Positions 10,961-26,939 of a DNA stretch of 64,000 nt are shown piece after piece. The DNA is from Balamuthia mandrillaris. Taxonomy: Eukaryota. Location of the stretch: the NCBI GenBank assembly GCA_031835245.2, contig JAVKOQ020000086.1:1-64000 (forward strand), read 5' to 3'. The position numbers were made by a program, and so were the translations under genes. The notes beneath the pieces are model-generated. The model was not told the DNA's origin. It made no database searches and worked only from the letters and a program-made list of their open reading frames with translations. Numbering within the stretch: the stretch's first letter is position 1; each line of letters begins with the position of its first letter.

Positions 10961-12931
10961 ATGAGTAGCGGGTGCTCGTTGAGGGCAATTGTGGAGCAGC
11001 TTGCAGAACAAAATAGGCTCACTGAGCACAAAAAACAAACAACCAAAGCATATGGAACTAAGATTAATTTCCCGTGTCTAAACAAGTTCCTCCAATGCTT
11101 ACGGATGAGCAATCTGCCACTCTATTTCGACAAGCAGCGAGCTCTTCTCTATCAAGACCTTCTTCACTTGGTGGGGGCCATGCTTGCTGGAAAATTGCAG
11201 GGGAACAGGCATGGAAGGATGGTTTTAGGCCCAAAGGGATGCGGCAAAACAACGTTCCTCATGGCAATGGCTTGTGCACTCCACCGCGCAACTCCAGCAA
11301 ACGTTGCTGTCTTCTACGTTGACCTCGCTACGTTGAACTTGGAACAGCACACCCCCCTCTCACTCATCATCAAGGCTGTGAAGGACACCACAGGCATTGA
11401 ACTCAACGTTACGACCATACTTGGCCTTTTAGGAGCGCTCGATAGGAACAATATTTTCGTGATTTGCTTTATGGATGAGTACCACACCATGTATGCCCGA
11501 CCCAGTAAAGTTGGCGAAGTGTGGCGTGAGCAGATGTTCAATCTTGGGAATCACGCTAGCGACACCCGGCGACATCTGTGCGTTCTTTTGGGAAGTGCGC
11601 CGTACATGCGAGCCCTTTGCTTCGGCAAGTATCCACAAGACTCTGCTCGCTACCCCAGCTACATGGGCGTTGCTGGCAACCTCAACTCAGCCCGCTTCCC
11701 TGTTCAGATGCTTGGACCCTTCTCCAACTCCAAGGATCTTACGAGTTTTTGTAGTTTGCTTCAGGCGTACGGATGGAGTTTACCTGATGTCAACACGATT
11801 ATGGCCATGACCGGTGGGAATCTCGTTGACGTGCTCCAAACCATTCAAGTGGAGCAATCAGTGATGGAAGTGGGACTAGAGGAGATGGAAGAAGAGGAGA
11901 AGGAAGGAGAAGAGGAGGAAACGCAGAGTGACGCTGAAATTTCGGAATTGATGGGCTTCAACCAACTCTCCGTGTCGCATGCCACTCTACATGGTCCCGA
12001 AATGCACTTGCGGCTATTCAAGTTCAAGCACCTTATGGAAGGGAAGTATGGTTTGCTTTGGGGGGAAATGCTTGCCAAGTTAGAGAAACTCGCAGAGGAG
12101 CGAAATAAGAGCGAGCCTCTATTTTCTGATCCTTGGGGCTTGGTTGCAGAAATCCCGGTGGATGAACTTAGTGAACAGTTTCAGGATTGCCGCCTTCTGT
12201 ACGATGCCACTGATGCAGGTGCACTGGTGTACAATCAGAACTTCGACTGTGACACTGTCAGATTTCTCTACCCCCTCCAAGCTCTCTACTGCCGCGAACG
12301 TCTACGCCAGCACGAGGTAGCGGAGTGGCTTACACCCCATCTGCGGCTCTGTCTACGGTATCCTTATTCCATGTTAGGCATTGAAGCTGAAAAGATATTC
12401 TGCCGAGGTATTCACACTAATTACCTGAATCTGCCAGAAAAAGAATACATGGATCGCGTGTTACGTGTGCGTTTCAGCCAGAGGACCTTGCAAGTGCTTG
12501 ACATGACATTGGAGCCAAGTTCTGCAGCTCATTTGCAGGCCCTACTCTCTCCGCATGATGAGCTGCCTGATAGACTTGGTGCAGACTGCGTCTTTTTGAA
12601 AGAAGAAGACGATGGTCTTTGCCTCTACCGTGTCCAGCTGAAGCTCGGCACTTCACATTTGTCACAATCCAGCGCCAAAACGATCATCGAAAAGTTGCAG
12701 GATGGCTCGACATGTATCAAGTAACCTCTGTGTGACTTCATCAGAAAACCTGTAACAGAGCTTCATATTAGGCTAGTACTAGCAACAACCCGTCCAGTGA
12801 CTGAGTCTGCCTGCAAAGAATTGCAACAAGCCGGAATTGAGCTGTGGGATAGATCTTTTTTAGTCAAGAATATTTGGCCAAAAGATGTAACTGTGTGGGC
12901 AAACAGTGAACAAGTGGAGGCCTATAAGTAA
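10961..12931 (+). CDS. Intronless P-loop NTPase fused to a C-terminal Mrr-like restriction-endonuclease domain (Crinkler/RHS-effector-like); one in-frame TAA at 12722-12724
   Basis: Walker A GPKGCGKT, Walker B VICFMDEYH; GADCVF...RVQLKLG (D..QxK); past the stop the frame continues LVLATTRPVTESACKELQQAGIELWDRSFL to TAA at 12929-12931. Confidence 0.78.
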
Positions 12932-13304
12932 GCAATGTAGCTTAGGGCCAATAATTGGCTTTACCTCTTGTTGTCTTTTTTATTGAATACTAGCTTCATT
13001 TCATTCAGCAAGAAAGAATTGAGTGTTTGCTGGATTCTTGATGTGGCTAAGCAGTTTTTCTTTTCCTCAGTGCTGGTGCCCCATTGTTTAGGAAGCTAAA
13101 GTTTATTTTTGTAAAGGAAAATATGAAAACAAGAATCAAACTAATGACAATGGTAATGGTGACAAAAATGACTGAAACAACAGCAAGGGCAGTGGTGTTG
13201 GGTCTAATGCAGAGGTGCCATTCTGCCATTTGTTAATATGTTACTTCATGATAAGCCAGTGTGTAAAGGCAAAATTTGAAATAATAATATGAGGTTTTGC
13301 AGTA

Positions 13305-13417
13305 AAAGGGGAAAAGGGAGAAAGGAAGGATGGGGGATACAAAAGAAAGGAGAGCTGAGGGTCCGGGACGGATCCAACATGAGGAGTCTTGAGATAAGTG
13401 TTGTGATTTTACCAACA
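13305..13417 (-). repeat. 5' fragment of an LTR of the same Gypsy family
   Basis: Minus strand starts TGTTGGTAAAATCACAACACTTATCTCAAG and matches 7231-7330; truncated. Confidence 0.9.
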
Positions 13418-14187
13418 TAATCTGTTTTTCAAAAAAAAAAAAAAAAAAAAGAGATAGAAGTAGAAAAGCAAAGAATCATCAGAATAGTTATCTTGAGTTA
13501 TGTGGTTCAATCGCGGTTTGATTGATGATGACGTCACCCAGCTAATTAACAGAACCTTTTAGTATGTAAAGAGAGGAGAGAAAGGGATTGGCATAATCCT
13601 ATGCTGGGTTGTGACACTTGGAAAGTAAATCATTTGTTATACCACTCTCCCATGCCAGGTTGTGCCCACAAAGATAAGATTGGAGTGGTTCTTGGTTTGT
13701 GCTTATTAGAAAAACCAGCTTTGTGTATACCATTTGTGTATTAAGCACAAGGAAATATTTATTACAGAAAGTAACAAATAGATTCTTCTACCTTCCAAAC
13801 CCTTCCTCCAACAAAACAAATTCTTTTTACCTCCCTCCAAAATTATTTTATATCAAACTGGCATAATCATGTTGTAAAATAACAGAACAGGAATGATTGT
13901 GGACACAAAATAAGTACAACTTAATTTACTAAAAGTGAAGAGTACAAGTGATATTAAAGTATCTTGTGTTGTGTTGTAAGTTGTCCTGAGAGGAAAAAAA
14001 GAAGAAACAAGGAGAGGCAGTATTTAAGCTAGAAGAAAGATTCCCAAAAGAACAAAGCATAAAAGAGAAAACAGAAAGAAAAGGAAACATCAAGAAAGAA
14101 GAAGGGGAAGATGAGAGGTTTCCTCAAGTTGATGACAGAAAAGAGAAGTCAGTAGAAAGAAAAGAAGAGTTACTATGTTGGAGTTTT

Positions 14188-16180
14188 CTAACAATCATGA
14201 AATACACTTTTAAAGTTATTCATCAAAAATGGCAATACAATATCTTTCATATTCTGTAGTATAATATTAACAATAAATTAAAAAAATAATAACAAAAACA
14301 AACCTGAAGAATTGTAAGAAAATATTTTTCTTGTTTTTTTGTAAAACATGTTTTGGTTTTTATAAAATAAAGATTCTTTAGTATTATGTTAAGTTCTTTA
14401 TAAAAAGTTTTCATTAACTTATTTTTGGATAAATAAGCAGCACATAGCCTATAAAAAAATTAATAAATGTTTAACACATAAAACAAAGGTTGTATTATAC
14501 CTTAATTCATTAAGTACTTTAAATATATCATTTGTAAACAAAGCTAATAATGGAAAAGCAAACAAAGCTTGTGGTATTTCTGTAAATAACTCTTTTTCTA
14601 TTTGACATAAAGTAAGCAATAAGGAAAATAAACTTTACAAGGGTATAATACCAGGATATTTTGGAATTATATCTAGAACTTTGTTTTGTAGTTGTATTAA
14701 ACTTTGTTGAAATTTTAAAAAGGCTTGCTGTAATCTGAATACAAATAAACAATGGATACTTTGTTCAAATAATGGCACTAATAAAGCTTTAAATGATATT
14801 AGCAAAATGTAAAAACAATGTTTTAATCATTATTACCTCTAAAATCTGCACCAACACGCCCAAGTGACATAGAGTAATGCATACATTGATTTAGAATGTT
14901 AACAATTAAGGTTCCTTCTTTAACTTGAGGTAAAAGGCTTGACAAAACATGTTAGCAAATGTTGCTTTGAACAGATATATATATAATTAAAAAAATACAC
15001 CTACTTGTATAGATAATTTATAAACTCAACATTATTTTGTGTAATCCAAGAATATAAGATGCTAACATCTTGAGTTTGGTCATGTAAAGAAGTATTGTCA
15101 TAAAAAATGGCACGATATTGTGTTATAATATCAAACAAATGTATTCGGTAGCCATCAATAACTTTGGATAACTGGTAGAAAATTTAATACAAGGGAAAGT
15201 TGTCATTGTTTCAAAAATACATACATAAGTGTAGCTATTCTGAGAAGCTATGTTTTGAATCACTTTATGTAACCATATTGTACGGCTCTGGAGAAAACTA
15301 AAGCAAGGAACATTAATATCTGTTTTTTTAAAATTGAAATGAACAAAACTCAATACGCACTGTATTTGTAGCTCTGTTTCTGTAAAGCTTGAAAGTTGAC
15401 AAAGATATCCAATGATTTGTAGACAAGTAGGAAGCTGTACATTCGATTGAAGCTTCTTTTGTAGCTGGTATAACATAGCTTGTGTTGCTTCATCAATGTG
15501 TTGGGCCTAAAAAAGTAAACGTTAAAAAGATAAAAGTAAAGTGTGTTGAGCAACAACAAGAGAATGCACACCAGATTGACCACTATGGGAACGTGTGAAT
15601 GTTTCTTCAAAAGAGTTTGGGTGAAAAGGCGAAGTTTCAAAGCTTCATCGTAAAACTCACTGCGAACACAAGTATCCATGAGCTCAGGTACTTCTAATAA
15701 GTCTAAGAGCTGTGTATGGTAGTCCAGCGTCTGTTGGGCCACTGCTCTTCGACTGGAAATGCGCACTGCCTCTTTGCAAAATCGCTCACAAGAGGTGGTC
15801 AAGTTAGGCAGCACGTCCAGCACTTGCGTCACTCGTTGGTTCATCAGAGAAAACTGTTTTGCAGCTGCGATTAACCAACCAACAAGGAACCTCGTTTGTT
15901 TTGTCTGAAAAAAAAAAAAACAAACCTCTCGATGGACGCATTGCAAACACTCGGAAGTGTCAATAAAGGATGTGTAGTTAACATAGGCTAGCTCTTGCAT
16001 TTGCTTCTGTATGGATTCAGCCTCCTTATTGTGGTGCTCAGGCTCTTTTCGCAGCTTTTGAAGTGTCATGTTGCTCAAAGAATGCAAGTAATCTTCGTAG
16101 ATGGTGTGTGACTCGCCGGTGTCCTCCAATGGCGACAACAGGCAATACAAAGAGTTATCCCTTTCATTTTCTTCTGCCAT
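14188..16180 (-). CDS. COG8: Conserved oligomeric Golgi complex subunit 8 (Dor1), multi-exon; 3' half AT-eroded, with a possible frameshift
   Basis: LLDLLEVPELMDTCVRSEFYDEAL, VQLPTCLQIIGYL, HLFDIITQYRAIF, SLGRVGADFRG, FPLLALFTNDIFKVLNELR; GT-AG introns. A T7 run at ~14334-14340 breaks the frame of the penultimate exon. Confidence 0.88.
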
Positions 16181-16545
16181 TGTCCTTTTCTTTTGTTTCT
16201 TCTTTCTTCTCACTACAGCTTATTTATCCGTTTTTGAGGAAGAGGAGAATGCCTGGGGGGGTCGCTCATTAATGGCCGGTTTAATGAAATCGCTCCTGCC
16301 GTCGCTAGGACCCTCACTTACACTTTTTTGCAGAAGACAACAATGTGTGAGAAGCTGCCTCCTTGCAGACTGTCTTAGAATTACTGCCGGAGGAGTCAAA
16401 AAGACGACAGTCTCCGTCGACAAAAACAAAAAGTGAAACGAAAGGAAAATTTCCCTGATGAGTGAGTATGAGCCCAGGGGATGTGATTTGGACAGAATTT
16501 CATGCACACCTCTTACTATAGCGAGTAAATTCGGGAACCAGCTGA

Positions 16546-16882
16546 ATGGAGGTACCCGCGGCGGCTGGGCTCTGTGGTGCTTGCACGTCTTACTTGGAAG
16601 GCAGCGGTACGTACGTTTGTCCGAACTTCATCCTCCCTGTCGCTCTGTGTGACGCAGCTGTCGCTTACCCTTTGGGTTGTCACAACAAAGGGTTGAGGGG
16701 TGGAGGCCACCAGCTTTTGTTTTCCTTGCTGTCTTCCTCTGTGTTGCTGGCTTGTTTGTTGGTTTACAAGTGGTGGAAGAGAAAGAAGGTCTCCTGTGCA
16801 ACAAACGAGGCCACAGAGGCTGTTATTGAAGAGCTCCAACACTCCGGTGAAAAGAGCGAGAGAGAAAGAGAGAGAGAGAGAG

Positions 16883-16954
<72 letters not shown>

Positions 16955-16977
16955 TAGGAAGACTGATATTATTGTGA
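16546..16977 (+). CDS. Hypothetical small single-pass membrane protein
   Basis: ATG at 16546, probable GTACGT..CAAAG intron (~16607-16690), hydrophobic stretch followed by KWWKRKK; the C-terminus runs into a (GA)n repeat. Confidence 0.3.
16860..16950. repeat. (GA)n microsatellite
   Basis: Direct inspection. Confidence 0.95.
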
Positions 16978-18440
16978 GGAGGGCAACAACAAGGGCGTGT
17001 GCGAAGGTGGAGGTAACACCAGGCGGGAGGAGGAGCTGTGCCCACTATCAAAACTGTGCAACTGTTCCATGAACATGAGACTGGTGTCCAACTTGTAGAA
17101 GCAACGAGCAGTAACATAGTTTACGGCCTCCTCAAAAGATAAACCAAGCACGGACTTGGCCCATGCTACAGCCATTGCAGCAGAACGTGAGCGACCGTGC
17201 ACCTGAATAAGCACGGCCTGGCCGTTGGCCCTTGCCTCTTCTATATATTGAATGCAAGCTCTCCAACAGTCACCCATTTCTGCAGAGTTGTGATCCTCAA
17301 CGGCGCACCGCAAACAGCAAATGCCGGACGCGTCTTCAAAGGGCAACTGTACATCGTTATCCACAATGACATGCTGAATGCCAAGCCTTTGCAAAGTCTC
17401 CCTGTCCACACACAGCTGGTGATTAAGCCGCCGCTCTAGACTACCTGTTGGCCTACTCCCCAGAAACAGGCGTGGCGCAATGGCGCACGGTAGAGGCATC
17501 AGTTCTTCCTCTTCCTGCTGCTGCTTTCTGCAAAGAATTGGGAACTCCTCCTTGAACGCCGCGTAGCCCCCTTCGATGTTTTATGTGTTGATTGTTCCAC
17601 CATAGATTTCAATTAAATAGCTATGGTTAGCTCTTTGGTAGCCCCTCTCCTCTCCTCTCCTCTCCTCTCCTCTCCTCTCCTCTCTCTCCTCTCCTCTCCT
17701 CTCTCTCCTCTCTCTCCTCTCCTCTCCTCTCCTCTCCTCTCCTCCTCTCCTCTCCTCTCCTCTCCTCTCCTCTCCTCTCCTCTCCTCTCTCCTCTCCTCT
17801 CCTCTCCTCTCCTCTCCTCTCCTCTCCTCTCCTCTCCTCTCCTCTCCTCTCTTTGTAACTACCAACCTTGTATGGTGTATATTTCAGCGTGCTGCAGTCG
17901 CTTGAAGAAATAATGCAAGTCTTGCTGAACTTGTTGCTGTTGTTCGGAGGATGTCCCTGTAGTGGAGGAGTGCTGCTGTGCCAGCAATGCCAAGCGGCGT
18001 AGCAATTGGTCCCTCTGCTCGTTCCCATGAGAAGCTGCCAGGCTGAAAACCTCAGCCAGCCATTGCATTCTCTCCTCACTCTTCTGATCTTGTTCGTCGC
18101 AGTATAGCACAGCTGGAGAGAGGTGTTCTGGCAACCCTTGTTGCATTGCCCGACGGATCAAGCCTTCAAAGGCTGCAAACTTTTCGTTCTCTGTGTGCCC
18201 ACCGCAATCGCCAAAAGAAAGAGCGGTAGCTATGTGCTCTGCACCATAACTTGCAGCGGTTCTAGTGTCAACCAAGAAGTGACTCTCAAACAAAGGGAGG
18301 TTGAAAACCTGGGCTGCGCTCACCATGACCGCAGGCCTTTGCCCTGCCTCCCCCCTTCCCCTCCCACCCCCAGTCCCAATCCCACTGCAACTGCCACCAT
18401 CGCCACCCCCGCCACCACCGCACGCTAGTTGAACTTGCAT
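16969..18440 (-). CDS. Rhodanese (CH2) plus dual-specificity phosphatase-fold protein lacking the catalytic Cys (MK-STYX/STYXL1-like)
   Basis: LVDTRTAASYGAEHIATA and IQG|GYAAFKEEFPILC (intron 17571-17866); PCAIAPRLFLGS, LQRLGIQHVI; active-site loop VLIQVHGRSRSA. Confidence 0.8.
17643..17851. repeat. (CTCCT)n intronic microsatellite
   Basis: Direct inspection; lies within intron 17571-17866. Confidence 0.95.
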
Positions 18441-18674
18441 GGGTCTGTAGACCGACAGAACTGTGACCAACCAAGGTTTGTTTCTTCCTTCGAAGCTCTT
18501 TGAAGCTCTCTTTTTTTTTATTATTTATTTTTTTAAAAAAAAGAAAGAAGAGTCCAACGAAAAAGACAGCACCGCTCTCCTTTTTCTCAGAAAAGGCAGA
18601 GAGGCGCTGTTTTGTTGCGGCGCACACGGCACACGCACGTCACACACACACACGTGTGTGTGTCAGAAGGGCCA

Positions 18675-18926
18675 CTATCGCCGCGTGTTGTTGGTGATAA
18701 CACCCGTAGCTAGCAGTGGCTCTACGCGCAGTTGGGTGGTCAGCAGGATAAGCGAAAAGAAGGAGAGGGAAGGCATGGAGCCTGCAGCGCGTACCCTTTT
18801 CTACCATCGCTATGTCTCTATAAATAATGTAGGCAAAGATGCAACCGACCAACTGCCATAAGTCAGGAAGCAAGGATGGAGGAAGTCACGCGTGATGGGC
18901 GTGTGTTAACCAAAAAATCTTGTCGT

Positions 18927-18967
<41 letters not shown>

Positions 18968-19496
18968 TGTTACCTTGACCACAGCACCAAAGCTTGTGAG
19001 CACAATGTAATAAGTCCTGTCATTCATTGGTTTGGTATTGGTGAGGGAAGAGAAAGAAGAAAAGTGAGAATGCAAGCGAGGCAGAGGAACCATTACTTCG
19101 TCACAACGTAAATAACGTCATTCCTGGTTGGTTTGTTTTGAACGGGCCCACATACCCTAACAAACTAAGGCGACCCAAAAGGTTCTGTACGATGTAGTCC
19201 CCCCAAATGGCCAGCCGTGTTACATCCATGCAAACCGAAAGCATGCAGAACAGAATATACTGGTGGTGGTAGCATTTTGGAGAAGACATGAACAACGACA
19301 ACAACAACGCAGAGAAGAATAGTGGTGCGCAACCTACCAAAAGCAGAGAGTACTTGGCATGCTGATGCAGCCCATAGAACCCAAACAGCGAAAGAAGTGC
19401 GTTGAAGTCCACCAGCTGAAACAAAGAGTTGACCATGCTCAAACAGAACTGCACCACCAACGTGGCAGCCAAGTAGCGTTCCACCACCCAAGCCAT
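18675..19496 (-). CDS. Small multi-pass membrane protein (about 4 TM), five exons, unknown family
   Basis: MAWVVERYLAATLVVQFCLS..DFNALLSLFGFYG, YILFCMLSVCMDVTRLAIWG, TYYIVLTSFGAVVK, LVGCIFAYIIYRD; separated by GT-AG introns. Confidence 0.65.
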
Positions 19497-19533
19497 CCTT
19501 GCTTTCCTATCCGCCACCAAACGTAGACCCTAG

Positions 19534-20574
<1,041 letters not shown>

Positions 20575-20729
20575 ACCAGTGGCAGCAGCAACAACAACAA
20601 GGGCTTTGAATGAATGGCAGGTACCTCAGCGGCGGCGTTAATGTCCAGCTTGGCTCCCGCCAGCCCGCCTGCCCACAAAAGAGGAGAATAATATTTTAAA
20701 AAAGACAACAAAGAGGAGCAGCAGAGAGT

Positions 20730-21173
20730 TTAGTAGAGGTAGCCAGGGAGCTTTCTCCTGATGAAAACAACAGCGAGGTTGTAAGCCAAAATAACCATGC
20801 TAAGGCCAGCGCCAATGATCAGCCACCGCTTGTTGTCGTCCATGGCCTTCTGGTGGACCTTGTCCAAAATGATAAAACCTAGTCCTCCCATTAAGAACAA
20901 GAAGCCACCCGAGAGCCCCTCTATGATATATTGTCCGTTGATCCTGTAAGGCAAGAACACTTGAGGCTTGATGTTGCCAAACTGGTCGGCGGTGCTTCCC
21001 ACAGCCGGCGGTTCCACGATAACGTCGTAGATGATGCCGCTGAAGACGAGGTAGCAGGACACCCACATCAAACCGAACACTGTCATGGCCGAAGGCAGAG
21101 ACAGTGAAGGAAGCCTAAGCTTGAGGTTGGGTACCCGCAAGAACTGGAAGGGAAGCTCGCAGAGGGCGTCCAT
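20730..21173 (-). CDS. OSTC: Oligosaccharyltransferase complex subunit OSTC/DC2
   Basis: PNLKLR.PS..PSAMTVF, SGIIYDVIVEPPAVGS, RINGQYIIEGLSGGFLFLMGGLGFIILD, KLPGYL. Confidence 0.95.
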   Translation of the reverse strand: MDALCELPFQFLRVPNLKLRLPSLSLPSAMTVFGLMWVSCYLVFSGIIYDVIVEPPAVGSTADQFGNIKPQVFLPYRINGQYIIEGLSGGFLFLMGGLGFIILDKVHQKAMDDNKRWLIIGAGLSMVILAYNLAVVFIRRKLPGYLY

Positions 21174-21417
21174 GTCTCTTGGCACTGTGTCTTGCAAGTT
21201 GTTGTTGTTGGCTGCTGCTGCTGCTGCTGCGTTTTGATTGCCGGGCTCCTTCTTCCCTTCCCCAAAACGCTCAGCGTGGTTTGTGTGTGGCTGCGTGTTG
21301 GCCCCTCGTTTTTCCTGTTCCCAAATTGTCGTCATCGGGAGGTCACTTCATGGTCACCCGGTGTTTTGATTGAGGGGTCACCACCTCCAACTGAAGGGCA
21401 GCCAACCCAAGAAGGTC

Positions 21418-21451
<34 letters not shown>

Positions 21452-21476
21452 GGGAGGGAACGGGTGCTTCACAAGA

Positions 21477-24770
<3,294 letters not shown>

Positions 24771-24991
24771 CGCATCATCATCCTCACCTTTGGTGCCCAA
24801 ATAAGGAAATTTCATCTCACGTCGTGTCTTTTTGCTGTGGTCCCTACAATATCCCAACAACACAATAAACAAAAAACAAAACAACAAAAAAACCACTAAC
24901 AGGAACGTTGGTGGTGAAGGAACCGCCTGCAAAGAATATCCTTACTACTTCATCATACCTTCTGCCCGCTTGCGTTCCCTTTTTCTCCTAT

Positions 24992-26798
24992 ATGAGTGAT
25001 TCGAAGGGCCAAGTGTCTTCTCCATCAAGCTGGAACCGCAACCGAAGAGAAATAGACCGCTGCAACGTCTTCGTTAAGTACTTGCCATCTGATTTCAGGG
25101 ATGGGGAGCTTCGTGAGCTTTTTTCTCAATGCGGCAAGGTAGTAAGTTGTAAGGTTATGGTGGATCACCAAACCCAAGGAAGTTTGGGATATGGGTTCGT
25201 ATTTGGTTCTTTTGGCCTACCGTTCATGCTGACCAAAACCATAACCACCAGATTCGTTCGCTTTTCCTGTGCAGAGGAGGCACGAATGGCCATAAAAACC
25301 ATGACGGGCCACCACGTTCAAAACAAAACCCTCCTTTGCAAACTCTCAAACCTCTGTGTCGCTTCAGTCGCCTTCTACCAATCTTTATGTCAAACCTTTG
25401 CCCTCACAGATGAACGAAGGTTCGGCCATCTGGTTTTGTTTAGCTGGCATATTCACTTCTCTCCACGTGTTGCTTGCTAACCAAATGCTTTGATACAACC
25501 AGAGCAATTAAAAGAAATGTTTTCAAAGTTTGGCAACATAGTTGAGTGCAAAGTCATGGTTGATAAAAAAACTGGAAAGAGCAAACAGATTGGCTTTGTC
25601 AGGTACAACCCTCTTCACTTGCTAGAGAAGCAGCTGCTCGTACTCAAAAATTATGCTCTCTCTCTCTCTCTCTCTCCTGCTCTCTATATTTCAGGTTTAC
25701 AAATGTGGAAGATGCCTCGGCGGCTCTAAGGGAAATGAATGGATCAAAGTTGTCGGCTGATGACCCAATTCTCGTTGGTAAGTGTGAGAGATTTTATCCA
25801 TGAGTTCGTGTTTACACCTTTCCACAGTAAAGTATGCAGAAACAGACACCCAAAAAGCAGCTCGGAAAGCACGAAAGCTGGCTTCCCAGCACGCCTCAGC
25901 AGTACGCGAGGCCACCAGCCATCTGTTATACCGAGGACCGGAACTTCCTACCCAGGTACCTCTAGCATGCAGGTTGGGAAGAACTCTTACTAACCTTTAT
26001 CGTCATCCTCGACCAAACAATAGACAGTTATCCCGATGTGCTCTACAATACCTTTACCGTACTATCCCGCCCATAACCTCCCAACGGGAGTTCTCCCAGC
26101 AGGTCCTCCCCACCATTCGGGATTGCCTGCAATGAGCGGCCCTCCCCATTCAGCATACGAAATCCCTCATTATGGCGGAGTTGCTTACCAACACGTGGCC
26201 GCCTATGCTCCCCCTTCTCCCCTGCACAGCCCTCCAACACCCATGTCAATCGTTCATTACTCGCCTCCTCATGCTCCTACCCCTATAATCAACGGGATGG
26301 TAATAACTCCCAGCCAAACTCCAACTTTTCCTCAAACGTCTCAGGTACTTTTCTCTCTCTTAAATATATTTCTTGTTTACCTAAAGCGCGCCCCTCCTCT
26401 TGATACATCCCAAGTCTCCACTGCCTTCCCTTGGTTACAACCTTTTTGTGTTCCATCTCCCCTCCGATGTCGATGATGTGGCCTTGGAGCATTTGTTTTC
26501 ACCGTTCGGGCAAATGGAAAGCGTAAAGGTTAGTTTGAAGCAGGGTAATTCTTAATATGGCTAACATAAACGAGTACAGGTCATCAAAGATAAGAAGACT
26601 GGAGAGAGCAAGGGCTATGGATTTGTGAAATACATCAGGATGGAAGATGCGATAAACGCCATTACATGTATGAATGGCTATCGCGTTGGCAACAAACATT
26701 TAAAAGTCAGCTTCAAGACAGGGCCTCCACCTGGTGCTTCCTCTACCTCACCAACACCCTACCCCGCTTTCATGACTGACGGGACTCTGAAAAGTTAA
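24992..26798 (+). CDS. ELAV/Hu-like RNA-binding protein with three RRMs
   Basis: RRM1 NVFVKYLP..SLGYGFVRF; RRM2 NLYVKPLP..KQIGFVRF; Pro-rich hinge; RRM3 NLFVFHLP..SKGYGFVKY..GNKHLKVSFKT. Apparent small frameshift near 25350. Confidence 0.85.
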
Positions 26799-26939
26799 AA
26801 AAGACGCTCCTAAAAGCAGAATTGATAGACATACATAACACAAGCATCTTTAAAACAGAGAACAAAAGCGGGGCTGTAAATTTGTTTGTTTATAAACTAT
26901 AAAATAAGATATTATAATATAAGAATCATAAAAAAGAGC

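Noticed and set aside
12722..12724. Alternative genetic code or programmed read-through
   Set aside because: TAA, TAG and TGA all terminate ordinary genes in this window; a nonsense mutation or sequencing error is simpler.
7231..13417. 100-bp inverted repeat as TIRs of a composite transposon enclosing the piggyBac and the NTPase-REase gene
   Set aside because: Both arms are Gypsy LTR sequence; the left arm belongs to an element with its own TSD, and there is no TSD around the pair.
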